Positions 35,214 through 47,412 of a stretch of DNA of 64,000 nt are shown here, one piece after another. This DNA is from Pachysolen tannophilus NRRL Y-2460 (Eukaryota). The stretch spans positions 1,848,418 through 1,912,417 of the forward strand of contig KV454012.1 of the NCBI GenBank assembly GCA_001661245.1, given 5' to 3'. The notes below the pieces were generated by a model. That model did not search any database and had not been told where the DNA came from. It was given only the letters and a program-made list of their open reading frames with translations. The number at the start of each line of letters is the position of its first letter. Position 1 is the stretch's first letter. The translations under genes and the position numbers were made by a program.

Positions 35214-36320
35214 TCAACTGACATTTCTAATCCAGTAGTCTCCACCATGAATCATACTACTCTTGTTGATCAACTTGTTCAACTTGATATTAGTTTCATA
35301 TCTTTCCTTATCTATTGACTCTAAACTATCGACCAATAGGTTCCGAGCAATTTTTAATTTTGCCATTTCATTTAAATCAGTTGTTTGACTATTTAATTGA
35401 TTTAAAAATTCAATTTCTTTTTTAATTTTTTCAATTTTTGCTATTTTTTTTGATAATAAAATATTTAAATTTTGAATTTTTAATTCATTTTCAGATAAGA
35501 TTTGATCTATTTTCAATTTTTCCAGTTTTGCAACTGGTTTAAACAATGAAGTTCTTCTTGTTATTGATTCTTTATTTAAAGAATTATTATCTCTTGTTTT
35601 CAAAATATTTAAAGTAGATTTTTTTTCATTTTCAGGAATTAAACAATTTTCAAGTTCCAGATCTTCATATGGAGTAGCAGTAGTATTATTTGTAGAGATT
35701 GTATTATTTGTAGACATTATAGAATCAGAAATGGTTGTTTCTAAATCTTCTGATACAAATTTTTTTGGTAATGATTTTTGAGGTATTGTATATGATGTAT
35801 TTAAATTATTATTAAAAATTTCATTATTTTCAAATTTATCCAATGTTTGTGTTTCTGTATCAACATATTTTTTATTATAAATATTTTTTTTCTTAAAAAC
35901 TGGTGAAGGTAAAGTTGTTGAAGTTTCTTTTATAGAAAAATTTCTATCATTTGGAAAAATATTATTATTTTTTGTTTCTATATTTTTTTTAAAAACATTC
36001 ATACTAATTGGCAGTTTATTATATTCCACATTATCCTTTAATGAACCATTAAAAGTTTCAAATTCTAAATCCAAATCTTTATAATCAGTGACAATTTCAT
36101 CTTTTGAAGAATGATGGATTTCTGAAAATGAAAGATCTTCTCCAGTAGGTTCCACATCATTACCGTTTCCAGTTGATAGCACATTGGTGAATGAAATTGA
36201 TTTTGCATTTTCTAATACAGCATCTTCAATATCGAGATCAAATTCCAGATCGAAATTTGTAAAATTATCATCTCCTTCATCAATATGTTTTTCCTTATTG
36301 TCCATATTTACGTCAGACAT
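35214..36320 (-). CDS. Uncharacterised protein with an acidic N-terminus and C-terminal coiled coil
   Basis: 368-aa ORF from the ATG at 36320, with a heptad-rich C-terminus ending KERYETNIKLNKL...GDYWIRNVS. No family recognised with confidence. Confidence 0.65.
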   Translation of the reverse strand: MSDVNMDNKEKHIDEGDDNFTNFDLEFDLDIEDAVLENAKSISFTNVLSTGNGNDVEPTGEDLSFSEIHHSSKDEIVTDYKDLDLEFETFNGSLKDNVEYNKLPISMNVFKKNIETKNNNIFPNDRNFSIKETSTTLPSPVFKKKNIYNKKYVDTETQTLDKFENNEIFNNNLNTSYTIPQKSLPKKFVSEDLETTISDSIMSTNNTISTNNTTATPYEDLELENCLIPENEKKSTLNILKTRDNNSLNKESITRRTSLFKPVAKLEKLKIDQILSENELKIQNLNILLSKKIAKIEKIKKEIEFLNQLNSQTTDLNEMAKLKIARNLLVDSLESIDKERYETNIKLNKLINKSSMIHGGDYWIRNVS

Positions 36321-36456
36321 ATTTAATACCAACTAAATACTAAGTTTAGTACCAATTTTTTTTTCTTACTAAATTATGTATTTTTAAAAAAAAAAATATA
36401 TATATAAAAGAATTTAGAGATCTCTTTATGTTTATATATATGTAAGTAAGTAAGTA

Positions 36457-36578
36457 ACGCGTAATTGGCCAAGAAAAAAATGAAAACAAACAAAAAGTTG
36501 TTCGCGTTTTGCGTGCAAAATGGCTTAGATGTGCGCATGTGCGTATGTTTTTAAAACGCACTTTATATCAAGTGCGCA
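36457..36578. promoter_or_regulatory. MCB/SCB-like and GCGCA-rich cluster upstream of the coiled-coil gene
   Basis: ACGCGT at 36457-36462, TTCGCGT at about 36501, and several TGCGCA/TGCGT motifs. Confidence 0.4.
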
Positions 36579-37824
36579 AGTTATTATAAATGTAAAATAT
36601 TCAAAAAGAGTAATTAGTTTTTTGTTTTTTCTCACTGTAAATTAATAACTAATGCAGCACTAATTGCAAAGAGCAAAGTGCAAACTACAATTTACAAACT
36701 GAACTGAACTGAATTAAATTTTTTAATATACTTTTCACCAATAGATAAAGATAAAAAATTTTAAAAAAATTTCTTATAGCAAACAAGAGATTATTATATA
36801 TTTCTTTAAAACTAGGTTAAAAAATCAAAAATTAAAATAAAAAAATAAAAATAAAAATAATAGCAATTGAATTTTCTTATCTACTACTTGGTATTTCTGA
36901 TCTCTTAACTTCCAGAAGTCTCTTTTTTCTTTAATATATAAATTTTTTTGTGTGGCGAAAAAAAACAAAAAAACAAAAAAAAATACCTAATTCGGGCCAA
37001 CAAGGTAAAAACGGTAAACGCTTAGATAAAAAAGAGTCTAGAATAATTAAGTTGTTAGTTTAGTACAAGTTTATTTCGAGGAAGCAATGTTATCACATTA
37101 TACATAACTAACAATTGGTAATTGGTGATTGACTGTACTTGATGTTAGTTGACTGTACTTAATTGAAAAATAATTTTTTTTAAAGTAGTTTTATTTATTA
37201 AACTAAATTGCTTGAACGCAACAAATTTAGGTGAAAAAAAGAACTTTTGAGGTAAAAAAGGAAAAAGGAAAAAACTAATTTAAGATATCAAATACGTAAC
37301 GTAAGTAAGTGAGTGCTGTTTCAATTAAATTGGGACAAAAAAAAAAAACAAAAAAAATTAAAAAAAAAAAAAAATAAAAAATAAAAATAAAAATACAAAG
37401 AAAAAAATAAAAGATGGAATATACATTTTTTTTATATTTAAAAGAAGAAATATTTATTTGATATTACCAAAAATTTATTTAAAAATTACAATTTTATCAA
37501 TTTTTATTAATTAGTCAATCATTTGGCCATTTCACATTGCTTTTTTTCTAATTTTTTTTTTTTTTTTTTTTTATTTTTTATTTTTTCTTTTGTTACTACT
37601 AGTCATCATTTATTAAAATTAACAAGTACATTCATTGTAGATAACTATTAATTACAAAATACCAGCAAATAAAATAAAAAAAAAAATCGATATTTTTATA
37701 CTTTTGTTTTTATTTTATTTTTTTATTTTGAATTAATTAATAATACAGTTTCAATCATTAATCAATCATATTATCAATCATTGAAAACAGATGAATTTTT
37801 TTATATTAATTTAAACATTGCACA

Positions 37825-38517
37825 ATGAGTTATAATAATTATAATAATAATAATAATAATAATCAGAGATTTAATAAATCTACTAATCAGCAAGATCAAT
37901 ATTTAAATGTTCCGAGTGAGAATTTGATTACAACTACAACAACAACCACTGGCGGTTCAAAGCCAAAGACATTGCATATAGCTCATAGGCGCTCTCCAAG
38001 TGAATTGACAAGTTTAATGAGTAAGTATAGATTTTTTTTTTACAATTCCGTATTCCGTTAATTATAGTCATCCACATCCACCTTAGCCAACTTGCCAGCC
38101 AGTACAGTAACAAATAGGTGAGTGAGTATAAAGAAAATTGAATTTTTTTTTTGGGTTAAAAATGTACGACAAAAGGCATTGAGTGAGTGGTAGTTTGTGC
38201 ACGATCAAAATGTACAAATGGAGATGGTGGTGGGAGGGTAAAGATATAAAAGTTAATAATATCCGTTCCGTTTAAGAATATTTAATTTTTAAAAATGATC
38301 CCTTCCCCTATTTCTTCCACTTTTTTAAATGACTAGCTTTATGGTTTTGGATGCTATAGTTTGATGATTTCCTCTAGTTTGGGGTTCTTTTTTTAAAAAG
38401 AAAAAAAAAGAGAATAATTTACTAACAAATCGCTTTGAAACAGTTGAACAATTCAATCTACAACGTCAGTTGGAAATAGTGCAGGCTCAACAACAACAGA
38501 TCTTACAACAACAACAG

Positions 38518-38549
<32 letters not shown>

Positions 38550-41500
38550 GGCTCTGCTGCTGTTACATGCATCTTCATCTTCTTTACAACCTCCAAGTTT
38601 ACCTCTTAGTCCATCTCATAATAGGAACAATTCATCTTTTGGATCATCAGGATCTTTTGGTCATTTCCAAATACCTCTGGTCTCGATGCCTCCTCCTGTG
38701 CCACCAATATCAGCACATAACAGAAGAAGTTCGGGTGATATCGATTCACCAGCGTCTTCAAGTTATCAGCATAGAAGGTCACAGTCCAATATAGGGGGAG
38801 GAGGAACAACAGGAGGATCAGGAACAGGGTCAATGGGAGGAACGAGCGGTGGGAATGGTGGTACTTCAATGGGAAGCTTTTCAATGCCAATGGCTCCACC
38901 TTTTAAGTCACAAGCAAATGCAGTTCCGCCAACTTCCACTTCTCCCTCTTCTTCAAACCTGCATGCTTTAGGTCATAATAGAAGACATTCGTTAGGTTTA
39001 AATGAAGCAAAGAAGGCTGCTGCAATTGTTCAATCACAGAGATCCTCTGGAAAATCTCCAACTAAAGTTTCAGGTGCTTCTTCATCCGAAGATAATAGTA
39101 GTGCTAATAGTGCTGGAACCCTGAGTACAAATGAAACAAGTATTTCATCAATGCTGCCTCCGACTTTTAAATTTCCCCCAGTCCCTGTTGTTTCTTCTAC
39201 TTCCCCATCAGAAGAATCTACTGCAGGTGGAAGCGGTAGTAAAGGAAGTGGTGTTAGGGAACCACTACATATGAGATCAAGATCTTCACTGGGTTATTCC
39301 ACAGAGAGATCTCCGCAGAGATCACCACAAAGATCGTTTCAATTCCCACCTAGACAAAACAATGGAACAGCTGTTCAACAATTGCAACCACCCCTTCCTC
39401 AATTTTCTTCTCATGAAAAAAGGCAATCAGGTCATTTTAGGTCTGGTAGTAGATCAAGTAATAATGAAATGTCCATGATTAACAATAATTGGAGAAATCC
39501 AAGTCATTCAAGTAGCAATAGTAGCATGAATGGCTTATACAATATGCAAAACTTAGAAGCACCAACAGCATCTTCGACTTTTGTTCCATCACATAGAGCA
39601 AAATCTTCTTATGGCGGGTCAATCTCGTCATTATCAAACTTTGCTGGTAATCAACAGCAACCTGGTCAACTAGGCAGCAATCAAAGGAGATCTCTTTTTG
39701 CTCCTTATTTGCCTCAGTCATCATTACCTGATTTAATTAATGAAGGAAGATTAGTAACTGGTACTTTAAGGGTAAACAAGAAGAATAGATCGGATGCTTA
39801 TGTCTCCACCGATGGATTATTAGATGCTGATATATTCATTTGTGGTTCTAAAGACCGTAATAGAGCTTTGGAAGGTGATTTAGTTGCCGTTGAATTATTG
39901 GTAGTTGACGAAGTTTGGATGTCTAAAAGAGAAAAGGAAGAAAAGAAAAGAAGAAAAGATTATCAGCAACTAAATGGTAAACCATCTGCTGGAGATTTGA
40001 ATGATGATGTGCATAATGATGCTTCTACTACTTATTCTTCTTCTGCTTTAAGCCTGGGAAATTCTGAAGGTAGCTCTCAAGGACTGTCACAGCAACAACA
40101 TTCACAATCGCTTACAAGAAAAGGTTCATTAAAACAAAGGCCAACACAGAAAAAAAATGACGATGTAGAAGTCGAAGGGCAATCATTATTACTTGTTGAA
40201 GAAGAAGAGATCAGTGATGAATATAAGCCATTGTACGCAGGACATATAGTTGCTGTGGTTGATAGAATTCCGGGACAGTTATTTTCTGGTACATTGGGTT
40301 TACTAAGACCTTCTCAAGCTTCAAAGGAAAAGGATAAGAACAAGAACAGCCGCGAGGATGATAAAGATCTGGAAGTCATGACTAACAGTAATGGTAAACA
40401 TAAACGTCCAAAAATCGTTTGGTTTAAACCAACTGATAAAAAGGTTCCATTAATAGCCATCCCTACTGAGCAAGCACCTAAAAATTTCGTTGAGAAACAT
40501 GAAAAATACGCTAATAAGCTTTTCGTTGCATCTATTAAAAGATGGCCTATTACTTCTTTGCATCCTTTTGGGACATTGATTTCTCAGTTGGGTCCAATGG
40601 ATTCTGCAACAGTCGAAATTGATGCAATTTTAAGAGATAATAACTTTTTATGCGATGAATATCCAATTGAAGGTTCAGCTAAAGAAGAAACTGAAAATAT
40701 TAAATTATTTAACGATTTACCTCACATACAAGAAAGTTTAGCCACGGAAGAATTGAGAAGAAGGTTATTTAAAAATGAATATGTTATTTCATGCACACAA
40801 ACTAATCTTATATCAGATCATGCATTTCATGTAAAAAGATTAACATCTTCCAAAATCGAATTGGGTTGTCATATAGCGGACGTGACTTATTTTGTCAAAC
40901 AAGGATCGATTCTTGACAAAAAAGCCAAGAAAAGGTCTCAATCGGTATTTTTGCCTCAGAGATCAACTCACTTGTTACCTACAAAAGTTAACAACTTGGT
41001 TTCATTCAAAGAGAATGAGGAAAATTTAGCAATTAGTGTCATCTTTCAAATTGACACAACAACCTTTGAAATTGGTGATGTCTGGATTGGGGAATCTATA
41101 GTGGTCCCAAAGCAAAAAGTTGATTATGAGTCAATAGATAAGATATTGGAACCAGATCTCAGCACTTATAGCAATGGTGATAATGAAAGCAATGGCGTTT
41201 CAAATGCTACTTCAGATTATATCAGGACGCTAGCTTTAATTTCAAGAGAATTTAGAAGGCAAAGACTAGAAAACCCAGCTTTGGAAAGTCAGCCAACGTT
41301 ACCATTGTTAGATCAATTGGACGATGAAAGAGTAAAATTAACTTTGAACATTTTTGATCCATCTCCTTCGTTGTCGATGATTGATGAGATTTTTCATAAA
41401 GTTAATTCTGCAGTTGCTCAAAAGATCTATTCAAAGCTCGGTGATAAAACATTATTAAGAAGGTACGGAATACCTACTCTACAAAAATTAGAAACCTATC

Positions 41501-42708
41501 ATAAGAGAATAACCAATTTAGGTGTTTCGTTGGACACGACTAGTTCTGCAACATTACAAAATTCTGTTTTATCTATACAAGATCCTGTGAAGAGGAAGTG
41601 TGTTGAGACATTATTAGCTAAATGCATGGGTAGAGGAAAGTACACTATTGCTGGTAAAACGGATCCAGAAAACTTCCCTCATTATTTATTAAATTTGTCA
41701 TTATATACTCATTTCTCGGCTCCATTGAGAAGATACGCGGACTTAATTGTTCACAGACAATTGAAGGCCGTTTTGAATGATGATATTGAGGGTTACACAG
41801 AAGACACTGATTCATTGAAAATGACTGCAGATTATTGTAACTTCAAGAAAGATTGTGCTAAATCTGCTCAAGACCAAGCAATTCACTTATTATTATCACA
41901 AACTATTGATGATATGAGTGAACAAACAGGCCAATTATTAGTCATGGGAACCGTGATTCAAGTTTATGAGTCATCGTTTGACGTTTTAATTCCTGATTTT
42001 GGTATTGAAAAAAGAGTTCATGGTGATCAATTGCCTTTGTCAAAGGCAGAATTTGACAAGAAAAATAGGGTTTTAGAACTTTATTGGGAAAAGGGAGTTG
42101 ACTCTGCTACTTTTGTTCCGGAAGATGAAAATGATGCATTATCGTACCGTGCCTCAATCAAAAATAAATTTAGAGCTTCTGCAGTGGTAGCCGCCACAAT
42201 ACAAAATAAGTCACTGATTCAAAACAACAATATTAACGAGAAGTTAAGTGAACGATTATCAAAATTTCATATCAAGCCACCGAAGGCAACAGTGCCAGCT
42301 ATCTCTGAATCACCTGCAAAGCTACATATCCAAAATCAAGTAGCACAAAGTATTGCTGCTAGTGCACCAACAACTCCAAGAGATACCACTTCTTTTAATA
42401 GAGAGCAATTAACATCTTCAAGGACAGTTTCCAGTTCTGAAATATTAAGATCATCATCTTCTGTTTCTTCGATGTCAAATACCAAGAATATTGCTGATGG
42501 TGTAAGTACAGATGGTAACAAGGGAAACATTGAAGATGGCGTTTTAAGACCATATTTGAGCAGTTGTATTACCAGAGTTGAAAATAACTATTATATCCAA
42601 GAAATCAGGGAACTAGAACAAGTTCCAATTTTATTAAGAGCTGAGATTGGTATGGCTTTACCTTGCTTAACAGTTCGTGCTTTAAATCCTTTTTATAATA
42701 TTAAATGA
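37825..42708 (+). CDS. SSD1: Ssd1 RNA-binding RNase II-family pseudonuclease; join(37825..38020,38444..42708)
   Basis: Spliced LHIAHRRSPSELTSLM-I-EQFNLQRQLEIVQAQQ matches the Ssd1 N-terminus; RRSLFAPYLPQ, NKKNRSDAY, HFSAPLRRYADLIVHRQL; many HxRxxS sites and the FKFP/FQFP docking motifs. Confidence 0.97.
38021..38443 (+). other. Spliceosomal intron in SSD1 (423 nt)
   Basis: GTAAGT at 38021, TACTAAC at 38420-38426, CAG ending at 38443; joins two ORF-track fragments in frame. Confidence 0.93.
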
Positions 42709-43205
42709 TTTATGTTTTGGTATATTTTTCTTATATATTATTATATCTTTTACAAAAATTGTTCAAACCGGGATACCAAAAAAAGAGTCTGAATGATATT
42801 TTTTAGCGTGTGTATTTTTGAGCGTTTGTGCTTTTAATGCTTTTAAGTTTGTTCTATTTTTATTATTTAGTGATTATCAGATTCTGCATTGATTCTAATT
42901 TTTTTTTTATCTATATACATATAATACTTAAGATAACACCTAAATATTTTTTGTAAGTAGTTGCAATTAATTTCATAGCTAGTAGATATAGCTTGTTGGA
43001 TTAGTCAATTGGCTTTCATTCAATTGAAATTTATTTCTTAGCAAAAAAACAAAACGTAGTTATTTATTCCTATTTTACACAAATACTATATAAAAATACA
43101 AATGCTATCTTCTCTCTCAATAGCTTAAAAAATGAATCATACCAAACAAAACAAAAAATGCAGCATCAAAGATGAAAAAAAAATTACTCAATTATTGAGT
43201 ATTAA

Positions 43206-44693
43206 CTAAGTGCTTGTTGTTGATGTAACACAGAACATACTTGTAATAGTAGTAGTATAACTTGCATAGCTGGAATCATCTGCGTCGTCGTAATAAACGA
43301 TACATACACCACTAGAAGTAGCGGTAGTGTATGGCGTTTCGGAAGCAAAACTGTAAGAAGAAGTACCAGTACTAAATGAAGTTATAGTTGGGCTTGCAGT
43401 TGTACTTGACGAAGTTGTTGTTGAAACCACCGACGACGAAGTTGGACTTGGACTTGATGAAGAAGACGAAACTGTTGTTGAAGTCACCGTATCTTTTGCA
43501 CTAATTGAAACAGATGATTCTGTTTGAGATGATTCAGAAGATGTTGATGTAGAAGAATCGATAATAGCTGTCGATGATGACGTCTGGGATGTCGTATTAT
43601 CAGTGGAGGTGGACAAATCAGAAGAAGTGGATGATGATGATGACGACGACGACGACGACGAGGAAGAAGAAGAAGAAGATGATGATGAAGATGTCGACGA
43701 CAGCGTTGACGAAGTAGCTGCTTTATCTGACGAAACGGTACTTTCTGTGGTTCCGGTTGATTCAGAAGACGATGTAGTAGTAGTAACAGCTTTTGATGAC
43801 GAATCTGAAGATTCAGAACTACCGGTGGCTGCGGAAACAGCTGTTGAACTTGTAGAACTTGTAGAACTTGTAGAACTTGTAGAACTTGTAGAACTTGTAG
43901 AACTTGTAGAGCTTGTAGAGCCTGTTATGTGATTCCTTATTATTGTCTCATAAGTCGTTGAGGAATACACATCTACAACATCAGTATCTGTAATAATGCT
44001 TGATGTAGTTGATGTTGTGGTTTTTGCTGTATCTGATGACGATTCAGAGGATGACGATGTTGTAGTTGTAGATGATGGATCTTCCGAGTCTGATTTGGTG
44101 ATAGTAGTGCCATATGTCTTTACCTCAACAATTGTAACTGTGACGTCGTTATCTGAAGAAGCTGTTGAGTCAGTTGTTGTTGAGGAAACAACAGTAGTGA
44201 CTACAACATCAGGGCTTGTACTTGTTGAAGTTGCAGTTTTAGTATTTCCAGTTTCACTTTCACTAGATGAAACAGTTTCTGTTTCAGTGACAACTTCCGA
44301 ACTTTCGGTAGCATCTGTTGTTGGAATTGATCCAGTTACTGTAATGATAACAGTTGCATCGATATCTGTGGTAATATAAGTTGAAGTTGAATCATAGTAA
44401 GTACTAACTAATGTTGATTCATAACCAGTTTCGTAAACTACTGCTGTAGTAGTTACAATATTTTCAATTTCTGAACTTGAAGCAGAAGATACTGCTGATG
44501 ATAAATAAGAGCCGTCGACATTGACCACATTGTACGATATTGATCTGCTTGCTCTATATGTAGATACTGCTGGAGTTGAAGTTGATGAACTTTCATCGCT
44601 CTCACTCAGACTTAAAATTGGTGCAGAACTAACAAATGTAAATTGCAAAGCAGCAAGCACCGAAAGCAGCTGTGATATCAATTTCAATTGCAT
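43206..44693 (-). CDS. DSE2: Secreted Ser/Thr-rich cell-wall protein, Dse2-like
   Basis: Signal peptide, S/T-rich body, C-terminal GVCIVYYDD...TTTITS resembling the Dse2 tail, no GPI signal. Divergent from RPL42, as DSE2 and RPL42B are in S. cerevisiae. Confidence 0.7.
   Translation of the reverse strand: MQLKLISQLLSVLAALQFTFVSSAPILSLSESDESSSTSTPAVSTYRASRSISYNVVNVDGSYLSSAVSSASSSEIENIVTTTAVVYETGYESTLVSTYYDSTSTYITTDIDATVIITVTGSIPTTDATESSEVVTETETVSSSESETGNTKTATSTSTSPDVVVTTVVSSTTTDSTASSDNDVTVTIVEVKTYGTTITKSDSEDPSSTTTTSSSSESSSDTAKTTTSTTSSIITDTDVVDVYSSTTYETIIRNHITGSTSSTSSTSSTSSTSSTSSTSSTSSTAVSAATGSSESSDSSSKAVTTTTSSSESTGTTESTVSSDKAATSSTLSSTSSSSSSSSSSSSSSSSSSSSSTSSDLSTSTDNTTSQTSSSTAIIDSSTSTSSESSQTESSVSISAKDTVTSTTVSSSSSSPSPTSSSVVSTTTSSSTTASPTITSFSTGTSSYSFASETPYTTATSSGVCIVYYDDADDSSYASYTTTITSMFCVTSTTST
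43843..43920. repeat. 9-bp coding minisatellite (GTAGAACTT)n encoding (STS)n
   Basis: Six perfect units from 43852 plus degenerate flanking units. Confidence 0.9.
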
Positions 44694-44808
44694 TTTTTTC
44701 TATAAGTTTTTTTTTTTCTTTCAAAACTTAACGTAGAGCAGTAAACTTGTTAATCAATATGAATCAGCCAAAAGTCAAAAAAAAGTCAAAAAAAAAAAAA
44801 AAAGAGAA

Positions 44809-44887
44809 AACGAAGGAATAAATGGACAATTAAGTTAATAAACCAGTCAAACAACAATAACCTAACGAATGAACAAATGAATGAATG
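44809..44887 (-). promoter_or_regulatory. Ssd1-binding-type CNYUCNYU motifs in the presumptive 5' UTR of the DSE2-like gene
   Basis: Minus strand: CATTCATT twice, overlapping (44876-44887); CATTCGTT (44864-44871); CCTTCGTT (44809-44816). All lie between TATAAAA (about 44991-44997) and the ATG. Confidence 0.65.
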
Positions 44888-45036
44888 TCTTTTCTAATTT
44901 CAACAAGTTTTCCACTTATGTTTTTTAAAAGAAAATGACTATAAATTAGCGCAAAGAGAGAAATAAGAGTCTATACCAAGGGAATCAACCTTTTATATTA
45001 TATTTGAATCAAAATTACATTGGATCAACAAAGGCG

Positions 45037-45167
45037 GCTGGGTTTATGAGATCAAACACATGACGAAGATTCAAGCACTTTTAAATTATCTCGCTTCCGT
45101 CTACAATAGACTAGATGTATCGAAAGCTTAAAACTAGATCCAAGAAGGTTATCAAGATCTAACCAGC
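45037..45167. promoter_or_regulatory. Ace2/Swi5-type CCAGC sites upstream of the DSE2-like gene
   Basis: GCTGGG at 45037-45042 and ACCAGC at 45162-45167, just upstream of the TATA box. Confidence 0.5.
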
Positions 45168-45532
45168 CGTTGTAAATACTTTTATTTTCTTTTTCTTTCA
45201 TGTACTTCACTTTACTTTAGTGATAGTTGGCTAGACGATGTACAGTAATGCTTAGATAGATAGAGAGGCGAGCTTTAAAAAATGCATAATATAAAAACAG
45301 ATCCACTTTTCCTGCGGCTTAGCAAAGAAATACATAGTAAAAAAAAACAAAAAAAAAAAAAAAAGAATAGAGAGCCATCATGCATAATGAATGCATAATA
45401 TATGCATATATTCATGCATCTAACCATCTATTGTGTGAAAAAAAAAGAAAATAGTAGTAGAAGTAATACATTAAAAGTAGTGTAACAAAATAGCAAAAAA
45501 AAGAAAAAAGGAGAAATAATTTTAATTTTTAT

Positions 45533-45557
45533 TTATTAGGGCGTAAAGCCCTAATAA
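45533..45557. promoter_or_regulatory. Palindromic Tbf1-type site upstream of RPL42
   Basis: TTATTAGGGC-gtaaa-GCCCTAATAA, with 10-bp perfect arms, about 300 bp upstream of the ATG. Confidence 0.7.
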
Positions 45558-45858
45558 TTTTTTTTTAATTTTTTTAGCTGTCACACAGTACTTCCATTTT
45601 AGGAATCTTTTTTTTTTTTTCACTTTTTTTTTTTAACGTCAACAATCTGCCATTTCCAATTGTGTGCTTGTATTAGGCAAAACGGGTTTTTTACTTTTTT
45701 TTTTGCAATAAATTTTTCATCTTTTCGCTTACACTACTACTGTCGAGAGAGGGTTTTCTTCTCTTTATTGGAAAGAAAAAAAAAAAAAGGTTGAAAAATA
45801 TATAATATTATAAAATATATTGTTGTTGTAACTCATTAAAAACAGATAATCAGTAACA

Positions 45859-46557
45859 ATGGGTAAGTTTTTTTCCATATTGTTCAAGTCTTTAGTGGAG
45901 TGAAAAGGAGTAAAGCAGAGTAAAATGGAGTAAAACTAGTGAGAGTGGATTAAAGGATGATGTATTATTTATCATGTAATGTTGAAATGAAATTGAGATT
46001 GAAATTGAAGAAATTAATCAGTTTTTTTTTTATTAAAAGCAGGGAGAGAGAGAGAGAAAAAGAAAGAAATGGAAAGAAGAAACCTTTTATGGACGATGAT
46101 CAGGAAGAGGGCAAACTAGGAGAACTCACATACAGTTTATGATTGATGTTTTACTCTTTTTTTCTTTTTTATTGCAAAATTTAATTATTTTCATTTTTAT
46201 TTAATACTAACTAAACATAATCAAATCTATTGAAATATAGTTAACGTTCCAAAAACAAGAAAAACTTACTGTAAAGGTAAGCAATGTCGTAAGCATACCC
46301 AACACAAAGTTACTCAATACAAGGCTGGTAAAGCTTCTTTATTTGCTCAGGGTAAAAGACGTTATGACCGTAAACAAAAAGGTTACGGTGGTCAAACCAA
46401 ACCTATTTTCCACAAAAAGGCCAAGACTACCAAGAAAGTTGTCTTACGTTTAGAATGTGTTGCTTGTAAGACCAAGGCCCAATTAACATTGAAAAGATGT
46501 AAGCATTTCGAATTAGGTGGTGATAAAAAACAAAAAGGTCAAGCTTTACAATTTTAA
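45859..46557 (+). CDS. RPL42: 60S ribosomal protein eL42 (L42/L44); join(45859..45862,46241..46557)
   Basis: Spliced 106-aa product [32 protein letters not shown]...[17 protein letters not shown]...KGQALQF. Absent from the ORF track. Confidence 0.98.
45863..46240 (+). other. Spliceosomal intron in RPL42 (378 nt)
   Basis: ATGG|GTAAGT, TACTAAC at 46205-46211, TAG ending at 46240. Confidence 0.95.
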
Positions 46558-47412
46558 GCTCCAAAAACAAAGAGAAAGTATTGAAATTATTATTGTTATG
46601 TTTTATTTACCAATATTTTGATAAATGTTGTATGTTTTCCACTTAGCTTTGAAAAATAGCAAAAGAAAAATAAAAAAAAAGTATCTTTACACTGTTGAAA
46701 TATATACTTCATAATGTCTAATATATGGTTCCTTTTATTATTAAATAAAAAAGAAAAATAGAAAAGAAGTGTAGTAAGAGAAGTATTTTTTGCCTATACC
46801 ACCTAAACTCTATTACTATTTTTTTAAAAAATTTCCTTTTTTTCTTTTAAAACTGAAATATGTAAAAAATCATTCTTATTCTCCATCTGAAATGGCGACA
46901 TCCAATTGTATCTGGAGCTCCTGTATTCCCACACACGACCTTTTTTTGTTTTGTTTTGTTTTGTTTTTTAATCTTTTTTTAAGGGATGAAACGAATAAAG
47001 AAACCAAGTAAATAATTTTGATCTATTTTTATACTAATAAAATAAATTATAAGTAGTTATTTACTTTAAATAATTGATTAAACGATTTTTAAAATAAAAA
47101 TTTGGTTTTTCAAATTGATTTTTATTTGATTAATTTCTTTCTTTTTTTTTTTTTTTGTTTTTTTTCTTTTGAAGAAAATTTCTTTGATTTTTTATTAATT
47201 AAAATTGTCCTTTTTTCAATTGTTTTCATTTTTTTGAAAAATCCACTGTTTACATTCCTTAATCAATTATTAATCAATTAATACTGGTGTTATTGAATCA
47301 ATAAGATAGCATAAGGTTTCCGTTTAATAGAATAACTGGTTTATTTGGAAAATAGTTTTCAATAGAGAGAAAAGGAAAGGAAAAGACAGGAAAAAAAATT
47401 TAAGTTGGAAAT

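Noticed and set aside
45863..46240. Intronic box C/D snoRNA in RPL42
   Set aside because: ATGATG-like boxes are present but I found no CTGA box D or terminal stem.
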